A stretch of DNA of 64,000 nucleotides. It comes from Tubiluchus corallicola. Lineage: Eukaryota; Animalia; Priapulida. Below are positions 37,230 through 58,572 of the stretch, one piece after another. The notes beneath the pieces are model-generated. The model was not told the DNA's origin, made no database searches, and worked only from the letters and a program-made list of their open reading frames with translations. The stretch lies in contig JAQGDQ010000869.1 of NCBI GenBank assembly GCA_030141605.1, positions 1-64,000 of the forward strand, read 5' to 3'. The translations under genes were made by a program, and so were the position numbers. Numbering within the stretch: position 1 is the stretch's first letter; every line of letters starts with the position of its first letter.

Positions 37230-39532
37230 GGTTGTGGGAGGTCACATCAATGACTGCCAATGTATGTAGCTTTTAGCAGTACTTAACAAACAATATATAT
37301 CCCAGACTATCACTTGTTAATTCTAAAAATAACAAACAGATCAATGATCACGATACACACTAATTTTGCAAGCAGCACAATAACTAATTCTGCTGGTTTT
37401 CAAATCTGTAGGCACCACAGTCTTAGAAATCATAAAATGTGTGCTTGCATAGCAAAATCGTCCATAAGTCGGCAATTAAGCTTTTCTAGTTATTCACATA
37501 TCCTGAATCTCCATTTCATGAGGATCATTTTGATACCAAGTTCATCACTCTATGTTATTTCTAAGCTGAGACAATTCATCTTGAAGTTGAGGTTCAGGCT
37601 GTGCATTGAAAATCATAACCTTGAGAAAATTACTGTTACAGTTAGCCTTTTTTGTCGTATTTCTACTAAACACTAAGCAACTGCACAAATATTGGCTGCT
37701 GTGGACTTACTAGCTTCTAAACAGAAAAGTGGGTAAGGAGTTATAAAATAAAATTTTTAGTGTTTTTTAAACACATTCTTGAAAATTTGATGATAGAACA
37801 TAAAAGTCCAATATATTTCGCATTTGTTTTTCTAAAAAAACAAAAAATTGGCATTTGACCCAATTTTTGGCACATTCTACTTTGAAGCATCATAATGTAG
37901 TTTTAACTAGGCTGACTTATGGAATGTTTTGGTTTGCAAGCTCACAAATGCAGCTACAAATGAACTTTTTTTTGGATAAAAAATAAATCAAAAGCATGCA
38001 AATTTTCCAATTTCTCAACCGATTTAAAGTCAATGTAAATCGAATAAAATTAGTAGTTGCGCTAGACAGCAATTGCTCTAGCATTCAGTAAACTCTTGCA
38101 GACTTGCAATGCTCTTTTTTCTTATCTCACTCTCAGTGCCATAAATAGAACGAGCTGCTCAGTGTAATGGGTGTGTAGGATTGTGTACACAGCCTACATG
38201 AGACAACAGAGAACACAATACGCTTATGTATCACGCTTTTCTGAAAAAAAAAACGAAGTGTAGTCGAAGTAAAACAAAATGTAAAAGCACATTACTCATG
38301 ACATTAATTAGTCATTACAATTATATAATCGAAAGGGAAAGACAGAACTATGCGAAAACTCACATGCGAAGGCGAACAATAAGCTATCATTTTCCTGCCT
38401 CCGGTAATCAACGATACAAATAAGAAGTAATTATATTATATCAAACTCAGCCAGATTAATTTACAATTTTACTCAATGAATTACCACCAAGTATCAACAA
38501 CACCGATGACATTTATCATGTGATGCCTGAGGTTAGAAGTTGAAATTATAGCCTGAAAGGGTTATCGTCAGTTTTACGAGCTTTATTTCTTGTCGGCGAC
38601 TCGCACAACTCGTTGAACAGACTTTTAGCGAAGAATGTCTATAATTAACATTGATTTTTATTAGCACTTATACTTCTTACTCTGTCTGCAATAATGGGGT
38701 AGCGTAAGGAGTAGCTAAGAGTTGGAACTTTTAGTTGTAGAGTTCAAGAGGTATAGGGTGTCGTGGCTTGGAAGAATGATAATCTGGAGAAAAACGGTTA
38801 AAGTTAATGCCGATTGTATTATTGTGAAAACCTTTAGTGTTCTCATATTTATGTATGTTTCATTAGCTTCGCTTGTGTTAAAGTTGGAGCTGAATGTTTA
38901 AAGACTGGCCTATTATGCACAACTAATGCATAAAGTAGAGTTATTCTGCTGCAGTACTGCAAATCAAACTCATGGCGATTCTTGGAAAAATTTCGTTTAT
39001 CCCATCATGTCGAAAGGAAAGTCTGTCTCAGGGATGCAAAAAACGCACACAATTTGTGGCTTCAACGATGAAGCAAATGATTAAAACATTAAAAGAGTAG
39101 GGCGCCAAAAGTTCTTCGTCCTCGGGTGATACAAACACTTGTTATGCCACTGCAAAGGACTTATAATTGTCATCAAAGGGTTCATCTTGTAGGTGAAATT
39201 CTGTTGCAGAAAGTAAAAAAAAGTTGTCATGTTATGTCTCAAAGAAAAGATTCGCCTCTTTCGCTTTCAATAATACAAACTATTGGCTTGTTCACAAGAC
39301 GTGACAAGACCAAGTAACTATAATTATCCTGTTGGCTGGTGTATCTGAGCATTCCTCTAACAGTCAGATATGCAAGGTTAATATTAACTGTCATACTATT
39401 TTACTCATAGAGCTACTGGTAACTTTCATCATCGAGTCATACATACCAGTTACAGCTACCAAAATCCTTCATATATTGCTATCCAACAATATTAAAACCT
39501 ATGTATTTGATTGGTTACTAACGTGCCAATTT

Positions 39533-39596
<64 letters not shown>

Positions 39597-42579
39597 CAAT
39601 AAAGTCATTCAAAACCTAATTCCGTCTTTTCTGTCGCATGGTTCCGACCCATGCTAAGTGTATGGTGTTTGGTTACTGTGGATAAGCATTGTCTTATAAC
39701 AAATTTCAGTCCCAGCTCTTGGCTTATTGTAGAAGACGTTCATTTTTGCTGTCTGGGTTTGGTTGATCCTGAGCTATAAGGTTCGCTTGCTTTTTATTTG
39801 TTTGGAATTTTGCTTTTCTTCATGAGCTAATATGAGCTAATAGTTGTGCAATATGCATCTTTATTTGTAGTCAGTTTCATTACAAGGCGACGTTTATTAA
39901 ATCCTTGTTCAGTGCAGAAGAAAAGTAAAAAACTTTAAAAGCATAAATTTTCAAGTTTAAAAGAGGCAAAGAAGTAAGTTAAATTTAGTTATTACATTAA
40001 CATGGCTTTCAAATCAGGTAAAGGACAAGTTACAAATTAGCATGTGATCATTAACATGCAGACTGAGCGAAGTTAGCATCAGAGATTAACATCAATATTC
40101 AATCATCAAAGAATCAGCATTCTTAGTCCATTCTTCATTAACTAAGCAAAAGTTTAAATTGCTTTATTTTGTGAATAAGATAACAAAAGTAAGAGCTGAC
40201 CTTATGAAACATTTGATAGGTTATCATGGCCCTGTTTTACAAAAAGCAAATCACGCTCGCGTTTTAAAACGAAAATGAAAATCATATTAATTGTAATATT
40301 TTATATGCTACATAACTTTTATTGCACAATTTTTTACTTTCATTATTGGAATATTTTTTTATTTATTTTAGTAAATTTGACTTTTATGGCCAGCCATATC
40401 GTGAAAATGATGTAAAGTATCTTTTACAAAAATTTCATCATTTACTAACACATTCGTTTTCTATTTTATTTTTATTTATATTTGCTAAAGTATATTCTGT
40501 ATTATATGTATGAATGTAATATTTTTATTGCAGTAGAGTTTAATTGCACTGTCGTTTTATCAGATGGACCAAATATTTTAAATTAATAAGAATTTTCCAT
40601 ATCAATAACATAAGTCTTTCTAACAGGTAAGCGTAGTACTAAGCAGTATGACTTTGTTCGGGAAGATCTTTGGGATATAATTATATTTAAAATTCATTTT
40701 TCTTCCCCTTAGAAATGTATCCACACTCTCGAAAATGAACGATCCACTAGTACAACCTAATTTGATAAGCATGTGCCTTAACGATGGTGATGTATTGATA
40801 ATGAGAATGATGATGACAATGATAGTGAAGGTGATCTGAGCAGTGGTGTGTGTGAAAAAAAAACTGTTGCACTGACAAGGCAGCGAGTCCTTGGCAAAAA
40901 GAAGCGGATGTACAAAATTGCAATGCGGGGGAAAGGCTCCCGTCTTGAAACTTTGCATACCGCAGCAAGCGAAAATTAGAAACCGCTGAGGCATTTTTTG
41001 AAGTCTTAATTTTGTTATTACACTGCGCAAGGCGACGTATATTTTACTTGTTGAATTTGGGTAATCTTTTCAAACTCAATCTTAGTCGGTCACTTTGCCT
41101 GGATTCATTTAGTTAAGTCTGTGCTCGCTACACTCACCAACTCATGATATAATAATTATTAATATACTGTTCGAATGTCTCGAAGACTAGACTGATTGCC
41201 GTCAATCATAGAGAGTGACTAGGTCAAAAGATGATTAATATTTTCATTAACTTTCACGTCACCCCAACAGTGTCTCTGAAATTTGCATTTTTGGAGATAT
41301 TGTGGCACCGTAGGATGCAGACTATGCAAATGCAATTTTTGCAAACACGTAGAGTCGCAAACGCGTAACAATATGAATTTTTGTATAAAATGAGAACAGT
41401 TGTGACTTATAATTTGATTTAAATGACTGTGAGACTGTAACAAAGCTGTCAGACTGCGTCTGAGTTTTGTCCAGCATTCTGTGATGTAATTTTTTGGTAT
41501 TTAGGCTTACCCGAAGTAAAACTGTTAGTCTTAGAACCTTGCACGTATCTTATGTAAGATTTTCAGTAAAGTCTCATTTATAGCAGGGTACAAATTTTTA
41601 TTGCCGGCTCTCCGGAAAAATTACTCAAGAACAGCCATAAGTTGTGTACACCGGCCCCAGTGGCCAGTAAACCAAGCTTGCCATGTTTCAGCTCACTTTA
41701 TTTATGCTTGAATATTACAAGATTCAGTATAGCACAATAAATCAATTCACCAGGCCTCACTAAACAATAATAATAGACAATAGCAACAGAACAATGTGAG
41801 AGGCCTGGACGAAATGTACAGTTTTAATGATAAAAATGGAATTGCACAAAATAAATTTTTGTTGTAGCAAATCCTCCTGCTTTTATGAATCGTGTTTCAT
41901 TAATAGTTCAGAAAATATCTACTTGACATCTACAGAATAGCCAGTGATTGAAATTTTGGCACAAATATTTCACATTACTGTACCATAGGCTGCACAATGG
42001 TCTGTAACACAACAAATAACAACAAAAATGAATTCATCTTTGCAACACTACACGTTTACTACGAATTAATGAAAGCTTGTATCTTTTCCAAGTCAATGTA
42101 CACGTAGTTAGCAGTGTACCACTTACTCAAAATTGCAATGTCTCCAGCACAGTTTAAATTGATCTGGTTGTATAAGTGGCATCTAAATATGAAATCACAA
42201 AAGTTTTCACTCGTACACGAGTGTACTGATAGCATGACAGCCGAAAAATAAAAAGATCTTGTTTGGGAGTTTTTATGATAATGACTTGAATGAGGAATTT
42301 ACTGTTAAGTATAGGTTAGGCAGAAGTAGGCGTATAAGGAAAAATGTGCTATGTAATGTTATCAGATTGCTACACAAACTTATTTTTGTATAGATTGTCT
42401 CTGCACATTGGAAAAAATGGGGACAATCGATTTTTGTGAGAACAGGCAGATTTTTTTTAGCTGCCTATCCCCAATTCAGGCAGAAAAAATGGTAAATTAG
42501 CTCCCTGCATAATGAAGATGTGAATGTATATTGACTTAGCTTTTGTGTAACATTTTGTGATTCTTTTAGAAACCTGATC

Positions 42580-50536
<7,957 letters not shown>

Positions 50537-50964
50537 AGTGCGGCGTGGAAGCAACGCCGTCTTTACTTTTTCTTTTTGTGGTGTTATCTTAAGAGCTTTT
50601 CTTAACGTGGTCAAGATTGCCTTCTTTAGTTATGTGAGTAACTTGTAAAGATTATACGTGTATGTTATTCATCCTGTTACAATTATCTGATCTTATTCTA
50701 TGTTTGCTATAAAATGCCTGAATGCATGAACACAAATTCCGAATTCGTACAGATAAAGTTATAATGTCGGAGTAATGTGAATCGGTTGTGGATCTGTCGT
50801 TCCGTGTTGTTTCGCTAATATATCAGTGGAGAAATTGAAGAAATGACACTTGGTGGCGGAAATTGTTTCGGTGGGGAAAACTGTGAAATGATGTGGCTTT
50901 AGGAAAACTGTAAAATGTTGTGGCTTTAGGAAAACTGTGAAATGATGTGACAGTAGAAAAATTG

Positions 50965-51775
50965 CTTTACTTGTTCTAATGAAGCACATGTCCTGGTGAC
51001 TCAGCTATTCCATGTAACTAAAAATGGTGGCAATAAATCACCTATCCATCCCATCCATTTGGTGTTGCTTAACTTGTTCCAGTCAAGCTCATACCTTGAT
51101 CACTCAGCTACTCCACGTGACCCACATCATGGGCCATGGCAATAAATCACCCATCCATCCTATCCGTTTGGTGTTGCTTTACTTGCGCAGTCAAACACGT
51201 GTCCTGATAACTCAGCTATTCCACGTGACCCAAATCATGGAAATAAATCACCTATCCATCCTATCCACTTGGTGTTGCTTTACTTGTCCTAGTCAAGCAC
51301 ATACCTTCATCACTAAGCTATTTCATGTGACAAAAATCATGGCAATAAATCACTCATCCATGCTATCCATTTGCTGATGCTTAACTTGTGCATTCAGGCA
51401 CATGCTTTGATCACACAGCGATACCCGGGACATGGTCTAAATCATGGCAATAAATTACCCATCCATCCTACCCATGTGGTGTTGCTTAACTTATGCAGTC
51501 AACCACGTACCTTGATCACTCAGCTATTTCATGCAACACAAAGCATGGCAATAAATAACCCATCCATTCTATCCGTTTGATGTTGCTTAACTTGTACAGT
51601 CAGGCACATCCCCTGACCACACAGCTATACCCGGGACATGGTCCAAATCATGGCAATAAATCACCCATCCATTCTATCCATTTGGTGTTGCTTAACTTGT
51701 ACAGTCAGGCACATGTCCTGACCACCCAGCTGTCCCACGGACGTGGCAATTAATCACTGAGGCACTAAAATTTCC
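50965..51775. repeat. Diverged ~101-109-bp tandem repeat, about 8 copies, seven with AATAAA
   Basis: Unit ...cagctattccatgtgacccaaatcatggcaataaatcacccatccatcctatccatttggtgttgcttaacttg... Confidence 0.88.
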
Positions 51776-52311
51776 TCGTGTTACTTTCATAAAAGATAGA
51801 TAGCCTAGAGCAGCTAAGATTAAAACTCGTTTTTTTTTCGTGAATCAATGGTGCACACTGGGAAGGTGAGTCAGTGAAATTTTACCAGTTGTCGTGAACA
51901 TTTTAAATTACTAAGAATGTCTTTTTCCCTTACATAAGTCTTTCAGGCAGGTAAGGGTGATGCAAAGTAATGTGACTTTGTGTGGAAAGCTTGTTCGCAT
52001 GTACCGTAAAATTTCCTTTTATTAACCTTTAATTTGTATTTTTGGGGACCAAGAAATGTGTCACGAGTTTCGCGAAATGCGGGTTAGATTATTGCATAAC
52101 TTTTATGAGTATATAAGTACGCAACAAGTGTTTGAGATATGATGCATGATAACTCAAAATCTAAATTACTCAGTTTCAACCTGAGTAGAAGTAACTGCGT
52201 CACATGATTAACTCTTCAAATCATTTTTATAGTGTGAACGTTTCAGTGTGAACGTATGTCTAGTCTAGATTTCAGTGTTCACTAATCTTGTAGCGTAACA
52301 GCAGCTCTAAG

Positions 52312-53047
52312 TAAGGGTGAGCATTCTCTAGCAGAAAGCGAATTCGAATCGAATCAAATTCGAGTTGAGCTGGAAAGATTTTCGAACAAGTTTTCGAACC
52401 AGCAGTAAAAGTTAGCGTATGTGTTTGAAGTGCTGAATTATCCATAATCTATAGTTTTAGGTTCGAATCGAATTCGAACTGAAAAAACTCGTTTGAATTC
52501 AAGAATTCGATTAGAATGTTCGAACTTGAACGTTCAATACTCACTGCGAATCAAATTTGAGTTGAGATTGAAAGATTTTCGAACAAGTTTTCGAACCAGC
52601 AGTAAAAGTTAGCGTATGTGTTTGAAGTGCTGAATTATCCAGAATCTATAGTTTTAGGTTTGACTCGAATTCAAACTGAAAAAACTTGTTCAAATTCGAT
52701 TCAAATGTTCGAAGTTCGATACTCACTGCGAATCAAATTCGAGTTGAGATTGAAAGATTTTCGAACCACCAGTAAGAATTAGTCTTGCAAAAGTCATACA
52801 TATTAAAAGACTTTGCATTAAAACTGCCGTAATTCTGCAGTAAAACCACGAATAATTTGTTTAAAAATTGTGCACAGAAATCACAGCTAAATTACGCTAA
52901 TTGCATAATGTCTCAATTATTTTGTTGATAAAGAACGCATGTGATTGAAATGCTGAATTATTCGAACCTATAGTTTTAGGTTCGAATCAAATTCAAACTG
53001 AAAAAACTTGTTCAAATTCGATTCGAACGTTCGATACTCAGCCCCTG
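52312..53047. mobile_element. hAT-Ac-like MITE with TTCGAA-rich subterminal repeats and internal duplications
   Basis: Ends taagggtgagcat / atactcagcccct; degenerate 8-bp TSD gctctaag / gtcctaag. Confidence 0.7.
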
Positions 53048-53789
53048 TCCTAAGTCATTATGTCAATGTGAAGTGTTAATAAGTTGTTTCAGTTGTATCA
53101 ACTCTTTAGCTATATGAGTTCTGACTACTAACTTCACCTTGCTGTATCTGGTTAAACTTTCTATATAGTTCATAACTATTATCAACCTTTTGCCATGCTT
53201 ATCGTTATTATCATTATCTAGAATGAGCAAGCGGTGCAAGTTAGTACAACTATAGTAGAATTCTTGTGTCTGCCGGTAATACGTGTGCCAGTTAATATAA
53301 TTGTAACAGTGTGTTACGATACATAGTATATGACGCCATGATCATGTGACTCGACTACAGCGGTTGGATTACAATGATGAAAGCTGATTTACTTTGTAAG
53401 CATTTCTTTAGATTATGTTTGAGCACCATCCATAATTGCAACACAGTGGAATTGATCCAGTTGTAATCAATCGAAACGAGCCTTACGATAGTTTAAATGC
53501 ACTTAAAACTTTGAAATACAGGGATATTGTTGAGTGGGAAATGATCGTAGAATAATATATAATAATGTCGTCAGTTATGAATGAATGTTTAATGTTGATT
53601 GAACCGCTTCTGTAGTGAGTCTAGTCTTTGTAAGGTTGCATTAAGATGTTAAATATTGAGTATATTCAATTATTTATGTGTAGCTATTTGTGTAGCTTAT
53701 TGCCAGCGAAGTTTTTATGTATTTACTATCTAAACCTCACTGTGGAAAATTTTCATTCTGAAGTACATATGACGTCTGAATAGTAAAAG

Positions 53790-54138
53790 AGATTCTGTTA
53801 GAATGAGCACAAATTGTGCGTGTTTGAACAAAAGCTGTGATTCTATTAGAATGAGCACAAATTGTGCGTGTTTGAACAAAAGCTGTGATTCTATTAGAAT
53901 GAGCACAAATTGTGCATGTTTGATCAAAAGCTGTGATTCTATTAGAATGAGCACAAATTGTGCGTGTTTGAACAAAAACTGTGATTCTATTAGTTGATTC
54001 TATTAGTACGAGCACAAATTGTGCGTGTTTAAACAAAAACTGTGATTCTATTAGTACGAGCACAAATTGTGCGTGTTTAAACAAAAACTGTGATTCTATT
54101 AGAATGAGCACAAATTGTGCATGTTTGAACAAAAACTA
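53790..54138. repeat. 48-bp minisatellite, about 7 copies
   Basis: Unit gtgattctattagaatgagcacaaattgtgcgtgtttgaacaaaagct. Confidence 0.93.
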
Positions 54139-54945
54139 TGTCCAGGTGTTGAAAGTGTAACAGCACGTGCACACTAGCAAGCTTTCTCTGCGATAGCAAA
54201 TTCGCAAGTGTGAACCGCTTTGCGAGTTACTTTCGGTAATTTATTGCGAACTCTTCAACAGTTACTGGGTGTTGATTTACTGTCTAGTGTGAACATCTTG
54301 GAGAGTTACTCTCTACACTTCTCCCGGTGAATTGAGAAGTGAGTGTCAGCTCACAGTTACTGACGGAGAGTAACTCACAACAATTTTTTTTGCTCTAGTC
54401 TGAACACGCTTGCAAGTTACTTGACGAGAAAACTCACTAGTTTGAATGTGTCATTATTGACTAAAATTGTCTTTACAAATTCTGTCTTTGAACAATTGTA
54501 TATTATCTTCACTGAACTGCTTTGATAATATCATTTTTGTTGAATTTGTTGAGATTACAATGCACTGCAAAACCGTAAGGGAACGATTATTGTTATTATT
54601 TATGTGATTATTTAATAATATTGTTGTTGTTGATGTAAGTACAGTGCTTGGTGGTTTGCTTTGGTTATTGAACAACTGTGTAATGCAGCACTTTACCTGA
54701 ACATCCATAATTTTAACTACGGTCAAGCTTGGGTATTAAAGACACTCACTTATAAGGGACCCCCAACACCAGTCCCGATTTTTCATCGCGTTTTTCCTAA
54801 GTAAAAATCTTGGTATATAAGGTACTCGGATATAAGGGACTTTCGGTTATAAGGGACGATATCTTCAGGGTATTAGAAACCCAGGTAATTGTGTGGTATC
54901 ACATGGTGTATGATATCGTACAGAAATTCGTCGTTTTTATCGTTC

Positions 54946-55063
54946 AAGCCTACAGCACCTGGTATTCCTAGGCGGTCACACATCCAAGCACTAACGAGGC
55001 TCTATATTGCTTAACTTCGGTGATGCGACAAGAACCGGTGTTTTCAACGTGATTACGGTGTGC
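54946..55063 (-). pseudogene. 5S rRNA pseudogene or solo SINE3 head
   Basis: About 118-bp diverged 5S sequence with no SINE body and no clean oligo-T terminator. Confidence 0.75.
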
Positions 55064-55169
55064 TATAATGTGTCTGATAACAGAGGAAGTCAAAGGTGAG
55101 GCACAAAATAGACTGTTATCATTCAAAGTTTTATTTCGCATAAGGTGTTACACTAAACTGCTGTGCCGT

Positions 55170-55605
55170 ACTGAACTGTACTGCATTGTATTGTATTGTA
55201 CAGTATGGTATTTCATTGTGTCAGTCTATACTGTTGTGTTATGCACTGTACTGTACTGCATTGTATTGTATTGTATTATATTGTATTGTATTGTATTGTA
55301 TTGTATTGTATTGTATTGTCTCGTAGGGCACAGTATGGTATTTCGATGCATCATTCTATACTGTTGTGTCATGCACTGTACTGTACTGCATTGTATTGTA
55401 TAGTATTGCATTGTATTGTATTGCATTGCATTGTATCCTATTGTACAGTATGGTATTTCATTGTATTATTGTATATTGTTGTGTTATGCACTGTACTGTA
55501 TTGTATTGTATTGCATTGCATTGCATTGTATTGTATTGTATTGTATTGCATTGTATTGTAATGCACTGTACTGTAATGTAGTGTATCATCTTGTATTGTA
55601 TTGAT
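55170..55605. repeat. (ATTGT)n microsatellite with a longer-period duplication
   Basis: Pentanucleotide run, directly visible. Confidence 0.9.
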
Positions 55606-56911
55606 TTGTTTTATTCATAATCTTATGATTGCTAAGTATACACAATTTTTAGTTTAAAAGCAAAAATGAACTTTGTGGTTTGCACAGTTTTTTATCAGAT
55701 TTAGAAACTTGCGAAATAAATGGGCTGTTACTCATTTTGATGCGCGGACATTTTTGCATTAAACGAGGTGAAGTTTTGTATTAATTATAATAATAATGCA
55801 TTCAATTTTTGATAATTTAATGAACCTGTTGTGTCATGTGTTAGGGGTAGAACAGTATTGTGTGTGTTCCATCCAGCCAGTCGGTCAAAAACCCCAGCCA
55901 AGCCATGCTGTTCTGCGGTAGCATGTCTTGGTCCCAAAACTAATTTGGGTTGCTGGATGTTTTAGTTATTGATTTTTTGTGCGCAGTGATTTGCAGCTGT
56001 GAAAATTGTCTTTCTGTAGGAGAGATTTTACCAATTGTAGTTAAGTCCCTGGCGAGGGTAGATGATTATGCTACTTCGGGAACATTGTGAGGGTGGTTTT
56101 TAAAACTTTGCACGCATAAATTGCAGTGGGTGGTTTCGAGAAAAGTTGACACCTTGTATGTTCTTATTGTAGTCTTAAGAATATAGTAAATAAACTTATT
56201 TATACGCTGTTTATTATATGTTCTGAGTGAGGTGCAGTATCATTTTACTCATATAAACAATGACGTCTATCTTTTTGTAATTGTTATGAATCATGGCATC
56301 CGTCAGACCATGCTTAAAACGTTGTTGATAGTAATACCTTGTGGAAGTTGGAATTGTACATTGTAGTTAGGTGCTGCCATCTATGTACTAATCTTGTTAC
56401 ATACTACCAGCTGACTTACCTTCAGTATAATTGTATGGTCCAGTGAATACATATGCACTGGTCCTCTCCCTATCTAACATCAATGGTTGTAGTGAAGCCT
56501 GTGCAACTCTGCATAGGTCAAGTTCTACACCTGTATACTGACTGTGAAACAGGTTTCGCTGACTGTTTTTGCTTTCTAGTTTACTCAATGTTCAGTGCAG
56601 CAGTTTTGCTACTCATGTTTTCTGTAGTTCAATAAACACTTTTTCGTTGTGTGCAGTGCTAATATTTATTATAGATAGTTCATATTCATACTTCTCTGTG
56701 CCTAAACTCAGTCATAACAAAGTGACTAGACAACAACTTTCACATACCTATTATCTTTCCTGTTCACTATAGGTAATCTGTTTTACTGCTTGCCCATCAT
56801 CCCTCAAAATCAAATACTGCCTGTGGGAAAAATTAAACCCTTAGATTGTAATTGTACTCCTTTGCTGCGAAAGTGCTTCATTCCTCGAGTCAGCTACCTC
56901 TGCTGTGCATT

Positions 56912-57392
56912 ATACAACTGCAAGTAGTGCAATTACACTCTTGCATAGTTTTCTTAACTCGCCCCTAGATGGCAGTCAAGTACGACTGCAAGTAGTGCAA
57001 TTACACACACACTTGCATTGTTTTCTTAACTTGCCCCTAGATGGCAGTCAAGTACAACTGCAAGAAGTGCAATTACACACTTGCATTGTTTTCTTAACTC
57101 GCCCCTAGATGGCAGTCAAGTACAACTGCAAGAAGTGCAATTACACACTTGCATTGTTTTCTTAACTCGCCCCTAGATGGCTGTCAAGTACGACTGCAAG
57201 TAGTGCAATTACACACACACTTGCATTGTTTTCTTAACTCGCCCCTAGATGGCAGTCAAGTACGACTGCAAGTAGTCAATTACTCACTTGCATTGTTTTT
57301 TTAACTCGCCTCTAGATGGCAGTCTAGTACGACTGCAAGTAGTGCAATTACACACTTGCATTATTTTTTAACTCGCCCCTAGATGGCAGTCA
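56912..57392. repeat. ~68-72-bp minisatellite, 7 copies, each with a CTCF-like motif
   Basis: Unit ...cttgcattgttttcttaactcgcccctagatggcagtcaagtac... Confidence 0.92.
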
Positions 57393-58139
57393 AAAAGTTG
57401 CTCAGTCACCGTAGCATTGCCCATTCTAGAAGCTACAGTAGGACAAAGAACATAGCAGCTGCGTGTCACAAGCACCATGACAACCTATTGTTCCAGCTAA
57501 GCTGTGGCTTGCTGTTGTGTGAAATTTTACACAATTTATTTACAAAAATTATTAGCGCACAAAAAGTTTACATCTAGCATTTTCATAAAGAACATATTCT
57601 GGTTGGATATTTCCTTAGCTACTTGAAGATTCTGGCTATTTTTGTTTAACTAGGCAAATAATTTAACTACTTGAGAAAAATCTGCTGGTACCCCATGAAA
57701 AATGCTTCATTTACTCAACAAAACAGCATAAAACAGTTAATAAATTTACTGAAAATGCACAAAACCCAAAAATGATCTTGACACAAAAATGTGATCATTG
57801 CAGAACTTAAGAACCCCTAGAACTCCTCGTAATAAATCCGTTGACAGTTTTTACCTGCATATACTCATTGTAACAAAATTAACGAATGTTGTGTAAAAAG
57901 TGAAATTTCTCAATGGCCATTGCTGGCATAACAATGAAACTCGTAATTGCACCATTTGCAGTCACATGATCAACTTTATTTGTTTCTTTTCCACCTTTAA
58001 TAGGGAAATCTGGCATCTTATGTACTCACGATTATTACATAAGCAATTAAGCATCTGCTTCTGTTCTGAATAGAATAAATTTAGGTTGCATAGCTTCGTC
58101 CAGACAGGTTTGCAGAAAAATTGAACGCAATACCGGTTT

Positions 58140-58293
58140 CCGAATTGCCCGTCACGTCTATTGTAGACATTTGGGCAGGCAGAATTCTAAAATAAAAGAA
58201 ATCTGCCTTCAGACAGGTAAACGCAGCAGTAATCCAGCAAAAAACAATAGACACTGCTATGCCAGTGGCTTGTCAGCACCACTTCTGTTTTAG
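58140..58293 (-). mobile_element. Short structured retroposon, copy 4, with 13-bp TSD
   Basis: Direct repeat gcaataccggttt at 58127-58139 and 58294-58306. Confidence 0.72.
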
Positions 58294-58515
58294 GCAATAC
58301 CGGTTTGAATATTTGTGATTCAAAACATGAACATGACCGTGTTTTGGTCGAAACATTGCAGAGGAGTTGTTTATGTCTGAGTTAAATGGGTGTTGACTGC
58401 TATTTTCAGTTTAAGATTGCATTTGTCCATCAGCCATCTACTTTCTTTAAATTACAGATTTAGTGTTTCTTCAATTGAAGATTTTCTGTCCACCCCAGAG
58501 TAGTGAGAACAAGAA

Positions 58516-58572
58516 ATGGAAGAGACAAGCAGAAAGAGAAAGCTCCCTGCATGGTTATTAGCAGCCAAGGAG
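58516..58572 (+). CDS. WRN: WRN coding exon 1 with Ku-binding motif (MEETSRKRKLPAWLLAAKE)
   Basis: Upstream ttacag acceptor ending at 58457, gtaaat donor; RxxPxW motif. Confidence 0.85.

Noticed and set aside
38900-41450. Possible extra gene or decayed transposase (Cys-rich patches such as CRLCKCNFC near 41.3 kb)
   Set aside because: Frames are interrupted by stops, and I found no recognisable family motif or consistent splice structure. A tblastx/HMM search would be needed.
58325-58356. Minimal Penelope-type hammerhead (gacc...ggtcgaaac)
   Set aside because: The required CUGANGA is mutated to augaaca and the flanking stems are not evident.
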